Assembly (NCBI GenBank): GCA_963675745.2
Contig: CAXXWX010000013.1
Location: forward strand, 121,523 to 185,522
Length of the DNA: 64,000 bases
DNA from: Phycisphaerae bacterium
GTDB taxonomy: Bacteria; Planctomycetota; Phycisphaerae; UBA1845; Fen-1342
Direction of reading: 5' to 3'
Below the pieces are notes generated by a model. The model saw nothing but the letters and a program-made list of their open reading frames with translations, was not told the origin of the DNA and made no database searches. Within the stretch, counting starts at the first letter, position 1; every line of letters starts with the position of its first letter. Made by a program: the position numbers and the translations under genes. Of the stretch, positions 1 through 10,084 are shown piece after piece.

Positions 1-1515
1 GTGGGTCCCGATTGGTTCTCAGCGGATACGCAGTTCAGCACCGGGGCCGCACTGGTTGACATCGACCTGGACGGTTTTGTCGACCTTGTCGTCGCCAACG
101 GCAACGACATGGCCTCACAGCACGTGGTCGTCTATTACAACCAGGGCGACGGTACGCTGCCCACCCTCCCTGACTGGCAATCCGCCGATACGTTCTATCA
201 CGGTCACCTCGATGTCGCGGATGTCAACGGAGATGGCTGGCCCGACGTGGCCGTGGCGAACCTCGGCAAATCCTCGACCGTGTCCAACGCCGCCAAGGTG
301 TACATGAACCAGGCGGGAACGCTCTCGGCGACGCCCGATTGGGTCTCGGACGAGCTGGCCAACGCATTCGGGGTTGCGTTTGGTGACATGAACAACGATG
401 GCCGACCCGACCTGGCCGTGGCCACCGGCTGGCCATACAGCAACCCGGACACCGATCACAACTACGTACACCTGAATATCGGTGGAGCGCTCGAGTCGAC
501 GGCCAGTTGGCAAAGTGATGACACGCGCGACTACATGAACGCGCTGTGGGTCGACGCCGATGACGACGGCTGGCTCGACCTGCTGCTGCTCGGGGCCAAC
601 CACAACAGCTACATCCACCGCAATCTGGGTGGGGTGCTGGAGACCACGGCGAGTTGGCACACTACCGACAACCCGGCGCAGTTCAGCATCATGGCCGCGG
701 TCGGCGATGTCACAGGTGACGGAAGGCGCGACCTTATCGCAACCGACAACGCCCAGCTTTTTGGCGGTGTCGGCGACCTGCGCCAGTACGACGGTCAGTC
801 AACGGGGCTGTTCTCGACGTCGCCCAACTGGACCTATTTCAACGACTCACACGACTACGGATCGGCGGTCGCGCTGGCGGATGTCAACGATGACGGCCTC
901 CTCGATCTGGCCAGCGGCGCCTGGTGGAGTCGCCCACGCATATTCCTGAATGGTGGAACCGGGTTCGGCAGCGATAGTGACTGGCAGTCGACGCGCTCCA
1001 CCGTGGTCGAGCGCATCGTGTTCGCGGATGTGAATAATGATGGAATACTGCTGACACGCGATGTCTTCTCGGGGGCACAAGCCGCCGGACAACTGTTCCA
1101 TCTGGCACATCAACCCGTACAGGAAGTCTACCGGGTCTGGCGTGACGATACCGAATTGGGGCCGAGCGAGTACACGATTAACCGTGTTGGTGGGTGGATC
1201 ACTGTCGCGGCGCCGGCCGGCGACGTAGTGGTCGAATACAGCTACTCGCGCAAGCCGGACATGGTCATGACCAACTGGGACTCCACGGTCGGCAACTTCC
1301 TGTATCTCAACCGGAACATCGTGGCTGGTGATATGAATTGCGACGGTTGGGTCAATAGCGGGGACATCGATCTGTTCGTCATGGCGCTGCTCGACCCGTC
1401 GGCATATGAGCTGGCCAACCCTGACTGCGCGCTTGAACTGGCCGACTGTAGCCGCGACGGCTGGGTAAACAACGGGGACATCGACGCCTTCCTGGTGTAC
1501 CTGGTGGGAAGCTGA
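1..1515 (+). CDS. FG-GAP/VCBS repeat protein with C-terminal dockerin-like domain (5' truncated by window edge)
   Basis: Repeated DxNxDGxxDL motifs (DIDLDGFVDL, DVNGDGWPDV, DMNNDGRPDL, DVNDDGLLDL); C-terminal GDMNCDGWVNSGDID...DCSRDGWVNNGDID duplicated EF-hand-like motif. Confidence 0.85.
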   Translation: MGPDWFSADTQFSTGAALVDIDLDGFVDLVVANGNDMASQHVVVYYNQGDGTLPTLPDWQSADTFYHGHLDVADVNGDGWPDVAVANLGKSSTVSNAAKVYMNQAGTLSATPDWVSDELANAFGVAFGDMNNDGRPDLAVATGWPYSNPDTDHNYVHLNIGGALESTASWQSDDTRDYMNALWVDADDDGWLDLLLLGANHNSYIHRNLGGVLETTASWHTTDNPAQFSIMAAVGDVTGDGRRDLIATDNAQLFGGVGDLRQYDGQSTGLFSTSPNWTYFNDSHDYGSAVALADVNDDGLLDLASGAWWSRPRIFLNGGTGFGSDSDWQSTRSTVVERIVFADVNNDGILLTRDVFSGAQAAGQLFHLAHQPVQEVYRVWRDDTELGPSEYTINRVGGWITVAAPAGDVVVEYSYSRKPDMVMTNWDSTVGNFLYLNRNIVAGDMNCDGWVNSGDIDLFVMALLDPSAYELANPDCALELADCSRDGWVNNGDIDAFLVYLVGS

Positions 1516-1527
1516 CAGCGAGGCAGC

Positions 1528-1556
1528 GGTCAGCTATCAGCCATCAGCACTCAGCC
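1528..1556. repeat. Short degenerate heptamer tandem repeat (TCAGCnn) between convergent genes
   Basis: tcagcta-tcagcca-tcagcac-tcagcca. Confidence 0.6.
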
Positions 1557-1613
1557 ACGGAAACAACAGAGTCGCCCAGTGCGCGTTCGGTGGTTGTTGC
1601 TGACCGCGGTACT

Positions 1614-2504
1614 CTAAATCACGTCCGCGAAAGCGCGTTTGCTCTTCATGAAGAACGCATAGCCGCCGATCGCGATCGGTATCGACGCCGCCATAAGCAC
1701 GCCGATCCACACCCAGTCTTCCCAGGTAAGCTGTCCCTCGATCATCACAGCGCGGACGGCCTCGACGGCGTACGTCAGGGGGTTGGCCAGCAGGGCGTAC
1801 TGAAACGCCGGCGGCACCATGTTTATCCCGTAAAAGATCGGTGTGACAAAGAACAGTGCCTGGGTCGCCAGCGCCACGCCGTGCCCGACGTCACGGACAA
1901 ACACGCCCAGCGACGCCAGGGCCCACGCCACGCCCGCCGTGATCAGGCACACCGGCAGCACGACAACCGGCAGCAACAGGATGGTCAGCGGCGGCAGGGC
2001 CATGCGGATGGCGAACCAGAAGCAAAGCCAGGCCACGTATCCGATCGCCATGTTGAACAGCGCCGAGAGCAACGCGGAGACCGGGAGAATCTCGAGTGGA
2101 AACACCACCTTCTTCACGTAGTTCGGGTTGGCCAGCACCATCGAGGGGGCGCGGTTGGCCACTTCGGAGAAGAGGCTGAACAGCAGCATGCCGCAGAAGA
2201 GATAGAGGGCGAATTCGCCATGGCTGGTGTCGGCCACACCCGCGGCGCCGGCCGTCTTCCACTTGGCTTTGAAAACCACGGAGAAAACAAACGTGTAGAT
2301 CGCCAGCAGTACCAGTGGCGTGATGACCGACCAGATCAGCCCGAGGTTGGTCGCGCGGTAGCGCAGAGCGATGTCACGCCGAGCGAGTTGCAGCGTCAGT
2401 TCGCGGTGGGTCCACAGGTTTTTTGCCATCGCCACGGGGTTAAGAAACGCGCTCATCGGGCGCGCTGCGACGGCCGAGTAATGTGCCACTATTTCTTCCG
2501 CCAT
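1614..2504 (-). CDS. ABC-2 type polysaccharide export permease (Wzm/TagG-like)
   Basis: RRDIALRYRATNLGLIW, NYVKKVVFPLE, FFVTPIFY, NPL and C-terminal KRAFADVI motifs; about 6 TM segments. Confidence 0.9.
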   Translation of the reverse strand: MAEEIVAHYSAVAARPMSAFLNPVAMAKNLWTHRELTLQLARRDIALRYRATNLGLIWSVITPLVLLAIYTFVFSVVFKAKWKTAGAAGVADTSHGEFALYLFCGMLLFSLFSEVANRAPSMVLANPNYVKKVVFPLEILPVSALLSALFNMAIGYVAWLCFWFAIRMALPPLTILLLPVVVLPVCLITAGVAWALASLGVFVRDVGHGVALATQALFFVTPIFYGINMVPPAFQYALLANPLTYAVEAVRAVMIEGQLTWEDWVWIGVLMAASIPIAIGGYAFFMKSKRAFADVI

Positions 2505-2632
2505 GCCAGCCCTCTCGTCGCGTGTGCGCGGTTTTCAGAGCCCGCGCCCCCGTCTGTGTTTCCTGTGCACGATATCTTCAGAACGTCGAGCGGGAGCGTC
2601 AACCCGGCGTCAACCGGTGAGGCCGGCCCAGC

Positions 2633-2971
2633 CTAGCCGTTCGCGGATTTGTCTCCGCGCGCGCCGACGCGCCGCGCATAACGTGGCGAAATTTCGACAT
2701 AGGGCCGGCCCAGCCACTTCTTGATCAGGATCAGCTCACCAAGATCGTTGCCCTCAACAGCGTGGCCGATCCACTGGAGCACATATCCCAGCACGATCAG
2801 CCCGATCGGGCGCCACCACAATCCCCAGAGCGAAGCATCCCAAACCGCTCCGGTTATTTGCACAGCCCCCAGAATCAACCCAGCGACAGCCAGGGGAATA
2901 CCGACCATGTGCAGCCAGAAAGACACCGGATGTTGGTGGCGTTGGCGCCAGTTGTACAAGATGTCAGACAT
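2633..2971 (-). CDS. DUF962/Mpo1-like membrane protein
   Basis: HQHPVSFWLHMVGIP and LQWIGHAVEGN motifs. Confidence 0.8.
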   Translation of the reverse strand: MSDILYNWRQRHQHPVSFWLHMVGIPLAVAGLILGAVQITGAVWDASLWGLWWRPIGLIVLGYVLQWIGHAVEGNDLGELILIKKWLGRPYVEISPRYARRVGARGDKSANG

Positions 2972-3058
2972 TTCAGTCGCGAGTCACCGGCATGATTTGC
3001 GCGGGTCTGTGCGTTGGTGGTCGTAGCGTCCGATAGACTCCCACAAGGGAGGATACGC

Positions 3059-3679
3059 ATGATCGTAACGCTCGATGGCGACAAAGTCGAAACGAGTTTT
3101 CCAACCGACGCAACGCTCCAGGCCATAATCGACCAGGTACGCGCGGAACAGCCGTCAGATCGGCTGGTTGTCAGTGTGGCCATTGATGGCCACACGTGCG
3201 ACGAGGATGAGCTTGGCGCGCAGCTTGGCGCCCCGCTCGACGGTGCAACACAGATCGACCTCGAATCGGCGGACCCGGTCACGCTTGCCGCCGACGCGTT
3301 ACGTACGGTGGCGGACAGGCTGGACACCATAGGTGCTCAGCAACCCGATATCGCCCGTCAGATCAACGCCGGCGAGGTTGCCGCCGCCGTGCCGCGTATC
3401 AACGGGTTTGTGCAGACCTGGCAGACGGTGCAGTTGATCATCGAGCAGATCAGCCGATTGACCGGGCGTGACCTGACCACGGAGAACTTCGCCGGCCAGC
3501 CCATCGGCGAGCACGTGACGGCCCTACTCGACCAGTTACGCAACATTCGCGACGCGCTCGATGCCCAGGACATGGTCACCTTGGCGGATCTGATGCACTA
3601 CGAGGCGCCGACCATCTGTGAAACCTGGCGTGACCTGCTGCGTTATTTCGCGGACGAGCTGAACCCTCAATCCGACTGA
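3059..3679 (+). CDS. Hypothetical protein (small beta-grasp-like N-terminus, helical C-terminus)
   Basis: ATG at 3059 preceded by GGAGG; ends in D..TLADLMHYE helix; coding-like composition. Confidence 0.7.
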   Translation: MIVTLDGDKVETSFPTDATLQAIIDQVRAEQPSDRLVVSVAIDGHTCDEDELGAQLGAPLDGATQIDLESADPVTLAADALRTVADRLDTIGAQQPDIARQINAGEVAAAVPRINGFVQTWQTVQLIIEQISRLTGRDLTTENFAGQPIGEHVTALLDQLRNIRDALDAQDMVTLADLMHYEAPTICETWRDLLRYFADELNPQSD

Positions 3680-3746
3680 TTCACCTACCGATCCCGCTTA
3701 CCCGTCCGAGTACTGCCCGAGTTGGCGGTTATAGGACCTTGGGGGG

Positions 3747-3775
3747 TTGCAATGGGGCCCGGGCCGCGTCATACT
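3747..3775 (+). promoter_or_regulatory. Putative sigma70 promoter of rpmE
   Basis: TTGCAA-N17-CATACT about 60 nt upstream of the rpmE ATG. Confidence 0.55.
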
Positions 3776-3835
3776 ACGGAACTCACGGTTAACTGTCGCG
3801 CGCCCACTTGCGAGAAGGGCCATAGGAAAGCGGTC

Positions 3836-4072
3836 ATGAAGAAGAAGATTCACCCGGAATACGTTGAAGCCAAAGTCACCTGCGCCTGCGGAAACGCCTT
3901 CGAGACCCGCGCGACCGTGTCGGAAATCAAGGTCGATATCTGCAACGCCTGTCACCCGTTCTACACCGGCAAGCAGAAGTTCGTTGACACCGCTGGCCGC
4001 GTCGAACGTTTCCAGAAGAAATTCGGCGGCAATTACTTCGCCAAAAAGGACGCCGCCGCCGGCGCCAATTAG
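3836..4072 (+). CDS. rpmE: 50S ribosomal protein L31 (Zn-binding type A)
   Basis: MKKKIHPEY...CACG...[33 protein letters not shown]. Confidence 0.97.
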   Translation: MKKKIHPEYVEAKVTCACGNAFETRATVSEIKVDICNACHPFYTGKQKFVDTAGRVERFQKKFGGNYFAKKDAAAGAN

Positions 4073-4096
4073 CTGCGTGCAGACCGATTTCGCGTG

Positions 4097-4125
4097 AGGG
4101 CTGAGCCGCAGGGCTTGGCCCTTTT
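4097..4125 (+). terminator. Putative intrinsic terminator after rpmE
   Basis: 11-bp stem agggctgagcc/ggcttggccct (two G-U pairs), 4-nt loop, short T run. Confidence 0.55.
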
Positions 4126-4170
4126 CCGTGGCTGTTCCCGGCCAATTCACCCGATTGAGAGACGCTGAGA

Positions 4171-5271
4171 ATGGTAGCCCTGCCCAAGGACCCGACCTGG
4201 ATCAGGCGTGTCGAGGAAATGGTTGCGCGGGCCGACGAGATCGCCGGCGAGATGAACAAGCCGGAGGTGGCGGCCAACGGTGCGCGCCTGGTTCAATTAG
4301 CGCGCGAGCACGGGCAGCTCTCGAAGATCGCCAAACCATACCGCGAATATCGCGGCGTGATGGATCAACTGGTCGAGTCACATGAGATCGTCAGCGACGC
4401 GGAGTCGGACCCGGAGCTGCTCGAACTCGCTCAGCAGGAGATTCCCGGGCTGGAGCAGAAACGCGAGACGCTGCTGACGCAACTTCAGGAGAAACTGGTC
4501 ACCGGCGATGAAGCCTCGATCCGGTCGGTGATTCTGGAAGTGCGCGCCGGCACCGGCGGTGATGAGGCCGCGTTGTTCGCCGGTGAGCTCGTCAACATGT
4601 ATCAGGCGATGGCGGCCAGGCATGGCTTCAAAGTCGAGGTGATGTCGCTATCGCCCTCCGATCTTGGTGGCGTGAAAGAGGCAATCCTGAACATCACGGG
4701 TGAGGAAGTCTATCTCGCGTTCCGCTTTGAGGCCGGCGGGCATCGCGTGCAACGCGTTCCCAAAACCGAGGCCCAGGGCCGCATTCACACCTCGGCGGCG
4801 ACGGTGGCGGTCTATCCCGAACCCGAGGAGATCGCCATCGACATCGATTGGGACAAGGACGTTATCGAGCACGTCAGCCGGGCTGGTGGTCCGGGCGGTC
4901 AGAACGTCAACAAGGTCTCAAGTGCCATCAAGCTCGAGCACACGGCGACCGGGATCACGGTGTCGATGCGCGATGAGAAGAGTCAGCACAAGAACCGCGC
5001 GAAGGCCCGACGGATCATGATGTCGCGCGTGTTCGAGCATCACCAGCAACAGCAGCGCAGCAAGATAGAGGCCGACCGCCGTTCGATGGTCGGTTCCGGC
5101 GACCGCAGCGATCGTGTGCGTACCTATAACTTCCCTCAGAACCGGGTCACCGACCACCGCATTAACAAAGACGTGTTCGCCCTGCAACGAATTCTGGTTG
5201 AGGGGAACATAGACGAGTTCATCACGGAGTTGGCGGAGCGCGAGCTGAAACTGAGACTCGAAGCGCTTTAG
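4171..5271 (+). CDS. prfA: Peptide chain release factor 1
   Basis: EVRAGTGGDEAALF, HRVQRVPKT (PxT motif of RF1), GPGGQNVNK (GGQ), RTYNFPQNRVTDHRI. Confidence 0.97.
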   Translation: MVALPKDPTWIRRVEEMVARADEIAGEMNKPEVAANGARLVQLAREHGQLSKIAKPYREYRGVMDQLVESHEIVSDAESDPELLELAQQEIPGLEQKRETLLTQLQEKLVTGDEASIRSVILEVRAGTGGDEAALFAGELVNMYQAMAARHGFKVEVMSLSPSDLGGVKEAILNITGEEVYLAFRFEAGGHRVQRVPKTEAQGRIHTSAATVAVYPEPEEIAIDIDWDKDVIEHVSRAGGPGGQNVNKVSSAIKLEHTATGITVSMRDEKSQHKNRAKARRIMMSRVFEHHQQQQRSKIEADRRSMVGSGDRSDRVRTYNFPQNRVTDHRINKDVFALQRILVEGNIDEFITELAERELKLRLEAL

Positions 5272-5352
5272 CACGTTTCTGCTCAAGAACAGTGGCACAC
5301 CGGACTGTTTCCGGAGACGCTCTGACCAGGACGCCGCCGCACTACAGGTGTC

Positions 5353-6207
5353 ATGTCGCTCACGAGGATTTCACCGGCGAAGATCAACCTGACCCTGCGC
5401 GTGGGACATGCGCGCCCAGACGGTTTCCACGAACTGGAATCGCTGGTGGCACTGCTTGACCTGGGCGACACGATCACGGTCTCGCCACGGGGGGACGAGG
5501 CGATCAGCCTCAAATGCAGCGATCCGACAATCCCGCAAGATGAGCGCAACCTCGCATGGCGCGCCACCGCCGCGCTGCGGGAGGCAACGACCACCGCACA
5601 CGGCGTTGACATCGTGATCGACAAGCGGATTCCCGCGGGCGGAGGGCTGGGGGGTGGAAGCTCCAATGCGGCGACGACGCTGGAGCTGCTGAATGAGTTG
5701 TGGCAGCTTGAACTGCCCGCGGCGCGCCTTGCGACGATCGGCGCGACCATCGGATCTGACATCCCGCTGTTTTTCCACGGGCCGCTCTGCGTCATGCGCG
5801 GGCGTGGCGAAATCGTCGAACCGCTGGACCGCAAGCTCGACGGATGGGTGGTTCTGGTCATGCCCGATGTTCACTGCGATACGGCGGCGGTCTATCGCGC
5901 ATTTGATGAGCTGTCAGCGCCGACACCCGGCCGAGCGGTTGAAGACGTCCTGGCGGCCGACACACCCGCGGCGATGATGCCTCTCCTGTTCAACGACCTG
6001 GAGCGAGCGGCTTTGGACATCAGCCCCGACCTCGCAAGTCACCGCCTGTGTCTGGAAGACACGCTGGGTGCCGCCGTGCGCATGACCGGGTCGGGGGCGG
6101 TTTTTTATCACCTGTACGATACGCAATCCGCCGCCGAGAGCGCCGCCCAGGCGACGCGTGAGACATTCGCCGTACGCGTCGAGGTCACGCGACTGGCAAG
6201 CTCCTGA
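5353..6207 (+). CDS. ispE: 4-diphosphocytidyl-2-C-methyl-D-erythritol kinase
   Basis: PAKINLTL, DGFHELES, KRIPAGGGLGGGSSNAA, GSDIP, NDLE, MTGSG. Confidence 0.95.
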   Translation: MSLTRISPAKINLTLRVGHARPDGFHELESLVALLDLGDTITVSPRGDEAISLKCSDPTIPQDERNLAWRATAALREATTTAHGVDIVIDKRIPAGGGLGGGSSNAATTLELLNELWQLELPAARLATIGATIGSDIPLFFHGPLCVMRGRGEIVEPLDRKLDGWVVLVMPDVHCDTAAVYRAFDELSAPTPGRAVEDVLAADTPAAMMPLLFNDLERAALDISPDLASHRLCLEDTLGAAVRMTGSGAVFYHLYDTQSAAESAAQATRETFAVRVEVTRLASS

Positions 6208-6229
6208 GTGGCACGCACATCCGGCGGCG

Positions 6230-8275
6230 TTACAGCGGTGCCAGAACCTGCGCCGTGCGCGCCGGTAGATACGCCTGTACGCTCTCGTGGCGATGATCCC
6301 AGCCGACTGGTTGGCAAGGGTACACGTCACCGGTGACGACGTTTGCGTGGCCGCCGAAGAACAGGTCATCGGTGCTCAGGACAATCCGGTAGTCCTTCTT
6401 TTCAGGTACGCCGAAGCGCACATCGGTGTATGACTCGGTGGGGTGGAAATTAAACGCGAAGACCAGCGGTCCGCGATGGAACACCAGCAGCTTGCGGTCC
6501 TCGTGCACCTGGATCATCGCGTAAAGCGGCTCGTGCAGCAGGCTGAATTCCGCGTCCAGCTTCATCATGGCGCGGTCAAACTCGGCCAGGTCACGATAGC
6601 GCAACAGCGGGTCGTCGACGAGCTGCCATTGGCGGCGCGCATACTTGAACGACCAGTTATTGCCCTCGCGCGGGAAATCGACCCATTCCGGGTGCCCGAA
6701 TTCGTTGCCGATGAAGTTCAGATAGGCCTCGCCGCCGAGCGCAAAGGTGATCAGGCGGATCATCTTGTGCAGCGCGATGCCGCGCTCAATAACCAGGCTC
6801 TCGCTGTCCTTGTTCATGTGCCAGTACATCTCTTTATCCATCAGCCAGAAGGCGATGGTTTTGTCGCCGACCAGCGCCTGGTCGTGGCTCTCGGCATAGG
6901 CGACGTGCCGCTCGCCATATCGGCGGTTGATCAGCGTGTTGTATAGCTGCTCGATGGGCCAGGCGTCGTCGGCAGTGTGCTTGAGCAGCCTGATCCAGTT
7001 GTCAGGGATGCCCATCGCCAGGCGGTAATCGAACCCCAGGCCGCCCTCGGATACCGGCCGAGCGGTGCCGATCATGCCGGAGACGTCTTCGGCAATCGTG
7101 ATCGCGTCAGGGTCGAGGTCGTGAATCAGCCGGTTGGCCAACTGCAAGTAAGTAACAGCATCATCGTCGGTGTGCGGCGGGAAGTAATCGTCATACGAGT
7201 TCACGCCGGCGCCGATGCCGTGATGCAGGTACAGCATGCTGGTGACGCCGTCGAAACGGAAACCGTCAAAGCGATACTCCTCCATCCAGAACCGTACGTT
7301 GCTGAGCAGGAACTGAAGCACCTCCCACTTGCCATAATCGAACAGCAAAGAGTCCCAGGCCGGGTGCTGCCCGCGACCGCCGCTGTGAAAGTACTGATGG
7401 TCCGTACCATCGAAGTGGTTCAGCCCCTCGTTGATGTTCTTGACGGCGTGGCTGTGTACCAGATCGAGAAAAACGCGCAGGCCCAGTCCGTGGGCCGTGT
7501 CAATCAGTGATTTCAGCTCTTCCGGCGTGCCGAAACGCGACGAGGCGGCGTACAAGCTGCTGACCTGGTAGCCGAACGAACCGTAGTAGGGGTGCTCCTG
7601 GATCGCCATGAGCTGGACGGCGTTATAGCCGGCGCGGGCGACGCGCGGCAGGATCTGCTCGGCGAACTCGCGATAAGTGCCGATGCGCTGCTCGGCGAGG
7701 GCCATGCCGATGTGGGCCTCGTAGATGCGCAGGCCGCCGTCGAGCGCGGGCCGCTTGTTCTTCCATTTGTACGGCTGTGGCGGGCACCAGTACTGGCCGC
7801 AGAAGTCGTGCGTTTTATCGTCATATTGGGTGCGCTGAATGTACGCCGGAATGCGGTCGCGCGGGCCGAAGGCGCTTTGCACATGCACCTTGACCTGGCC
7901 GCCGTGTATCAACCGCTCGCCAAACTCATCGTCTGGCAAGAAGACTGCCCAGACTCCATGCTCGCCTCTGGTCAGCGGATTGGCGTCGCGATTCCACTCG
8001 TTGAACGTTCCAACCAGGGCGAGCGCGTTGGCTGCCGGCGCCCATTCACGGTACCAGACACCAGGCTTGCCATCGCGGTCCCCGCGATTGAAGCCGAATA
8101 CCTTGTGGCCACGACTGATATCCGCCAGCGAACCGGCGTTATCCTCGATGCGCGTCAGCGTCTTCAGGAAGCGCTGGTAGCGCGCGCGTAGCCGATCGGC
8201 GTATGGTTCGAGCCACGGGTCCAGCTTGATCAGCCCCGTGCCATCGGTTATCGCTTCCGGGTCGTGTGGCTTCAT
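6230..8275 (-). CDS. glgB: 1,4-alpha-glucan branching enzyme (GH13, GBE1/GH13_8-like)
   Basis: IYEAHIGM, YYGSFGYQV, FDGFRFDGVTSM (nucleophile), IAEDVSG, YAESHDQALVGDKT. Confidence 0.93.
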   Translation of the reverse strand: MKPHDPEAITDGTGLIKLDPWLEPYADRLRARYQRFLKTLTRIEDNAGSLADISRGHKVFGFNRGDRDGKPGVWYREWAPAANALALVGTFNEWNRDANPLTRGEHGVWAVFLPDDEFGERLIHGGQVKVHVQSAFGPRDRIPAYIQRTQYDDKTHDFCGQYWCPPQPYKWKNKRPALDGGLRIYEAHIGMALAEQRIGTYREFAEQILPRVARAGYNAVQLMAIQEHPYYGSFGYQVSSLYAASSRFGTPEELKSLIDTAHGLGLRVFLDLVHSHAVKNINEGLNHFDGTDHQYFHSGGRGQHPAWDSLLFDYGKWEVLQFLLSNVRFWMEEYRFDGFRFDGVTSMLYLHHGIGAGVNSYDDYFPPHTDDDAVTYLQLANRLIHDLDPDAITIAEDVSGMIGTARPVSEGGLGFDYRLAMGIPDNWIRLLKHTADDAWPIEQLYNTLINRRYGERHVAYAESHDQALVGDKTIAFWLMDKEMYWHMNKDSESLVIERGIALHKMIRLITFALGGEAYLNFIGNEFGHPEWVDFPREGNNWSFKYARRQWQLVDDPLLRYRDLAEFDRAMMKLDAEFSLLHEPLYAMIQVHEDRKLLVFHRGPLVFAFNFHPTESYTDVRFGVPEKKDYRIVLSTDDLFFGGHANVVTGDVYPCQPVGWDHRHESVQAYLPARTAQVLAPL

Positions 8276-8426
8276 GTGCGGTTTCCTGCGGCACTGGTCC
8301 CATAGTGTGTGGGCTCGGCTCAGGCGGCGCGACGCGCACCTTGCGGATCGGTGCCGCCGTGCTCACGTCCCAAGCCGAGCCCACATTGTCATGGGCGCGT
8401 TACTCTGTGGCTCCGCGGTGTCCGCT

Positions 8427-9857
8427 TTACGGGAGCCGGTCGATCACGATGAATCCGAGCACCCACGTGTCGGTTGCTATGCAACCCGAGCTGACCTCCT
8501 GCTTCAGGGCTCTGAACGCCACGGTGTCTGCCGAGCAGCCCACGTCGGTTGCCATCACGCGCCCGGTGAGCGTCTGCCCGTCAGTAAACAGCTCCCAGCC
8601 GGCGCCGCTGTTCATCTGCAAGTACTCCAGATCGTTGTCGATCGGGCCGATACCGGAGATGAACCAGCGTGCTCCGTTTGGTGTTATGGCGATCCTGCTG
8701 CCATAACCGACGCGTCCTATCTCGCCGCCACACTCCGTATTCGGCGTGATCTCATCGACCTGGCTGGCCAGCGTCGCTCCCGGCGCATCTCCGACGGCAC
8801 CGACCGCGACGCGATTCACAGCGCTGGCGCCAAAGATGCTGTCCGCGGTCTCTTCGGCCACGAAGAATCCGAAGCTCGTACCGTTCAATGCCACCGGTGA
8901 GTTGACGGCGAATTCGCACCCGTTGGTGAACGGCGTTACCGTGCCGTCGCTCAGGTTCAGCAGGGCTGTCTTGTCCTCGAAGCCCTGGCGATAGATGATG
9001 TATCCACCGCCCATCTGAATCTGCACACTGTCCTTGAGGCCGTCGCCGAACAGGTCGAATTCGGTCGGCTGGTCCGTGGGGCTGTCGAGATCCCAGAGGA
9101 AGATCGATGAACCCGGGTTCTGCCCATACGCCGCGACCTGGCGCGTCTCCGCATCGATGGCCACCTGGTCAAACGTTCCCTCGAAGCCGGTCGGGAAGGC
9201 ACAACTTATCACGGTTGGGGTAACGCCGCTGACGTCAATCACCTTGATGGCGTTACCATCGGTCACCTCGTCAGTATCGTTGACGGTCGCAACCAACTGG
9301 CCGTCGGATACCATGTGCCCGGTGTCACCGGCGTCTGACGGCAGCGCGTGCAACGTGATATCGCCGCCGGGAACATCCACCGGCGCAGCGCCGGTGTCGG
9401 TGTCGAACACGGCAACTCGGTTAGTGCCGCGTACCAGGACGACCTTTTTGCCGGCGACGGCAAAGTCGCGCGCCCCGAACAACAGGTCACTGTCCGGGAT
9501 CATGGTTCCGGCGGTGGTATCGCTGGTTGCGCTGGATGGCGTCAGGTAGTAGACGCCTGCGCCGGGTATGCCCCAGACGATCAGATCAGCGCCGACGGCC
9601 AGATGCCCGCTGGAATCCGTGAAGACGATGGCCGTCTTGATCAGGGCATCGAGCGTAACACCCCCGTCACCCCCGTCACCCCCGTCACCTCCGTCACCTC
9701 CGTCGCCGCCGTCACCACCATCGATTGCGCCATCTCCGCCATCAACCGGTGTGGTGGTTCCCTGTGGGCATCCGGCGATCAACGCGAGTCCCAACAACCC
9801 CAACAGGCACAGGTAGACCGGGTGCCTCAGCGGATACGTACACGTGTCAGCCTTCAT
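8427..9857 (-). CDS. Secreted lipoprotein, probable beta-propeller, with (GGD)n linker
   Basis: GGAGG RBS; LLGLALIAGC lipobox; acidic beta-rich body. Confidence 0.75.
   Translation of the reverse strand: MKADTCTYPLRHPVYLCLLGLLGLALIAGCPQGTTTPVDGGDGAIDGGDGGDGGDGGDGGDGGDGGVTLDALIKTAIVFTDSSGHLAVGADLIVWGIPGAGVYYLTPSSATSDTTAGTMIPDSDLLFGARDFAVAGKKVVLVRGTNRVAVFDTDTGAAPVDVPGGDITLHALPSDAGDTGHMVSDGQLVATVNDTDEVTDGNAIKVIDVSGVTPTVISCAFPTGFEGTFDQVAIDAETRQVAAYGQNPGSSIFLWDLDSPTDQPTEFDLFGDGLKDSVQIQMGGGYIIYRQGFEDKTALLNLSDGTVTPFTNGCEFAVNSPVALNGTSFGFFVAEETADSIFGASAVNRVAVGAVGDAPGATLASQVDEITPNTECGGEIGRVGYGSRIAITPNGARWFISGIGPIDNDLEYLQMNSGAGWELFTDGQTLTGRVMATDVGCSADTVAFRALKQEVSSGCIATDTWVLGFIVIDRLP
9661..9745. repeat. 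9-bp tandem repeat encoding a Gly-Gly-Asp linker
   Basis: ccccgtcac/ctccgtcac units; protein DGGDGGDGGDGGDGG. Confidence 0.85.
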
Positions 9858-10055
9858 CGCAAGACCTCCTCGATTCATAGGTGGGGCCAGACCCTGCCCG
9901 GAATGGTGACTTCCTCGCCACGGCGCATTATCACCGCGGCCCACGAGGCGTCAACCGAGGGGGTCGTCTGGGGGAAGACTGAGGGGGCGGACAGGCGGCG
10001 TTGGGCGGCGGGTTGCATTCGACAGGCCGAAGAAGGGCGGTTCCACCGGGCCGAT

Positions 10056-10084
10056 TTGACACGATTCCCCCATGCCGCTATTAT
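10056..10084 (+). promoter_or_regulatory. Putative sigma70 promoter of the DEAD-box helicase gene
   Basis: TTGACA-N17-TATTAT. Confidence 0.65.
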
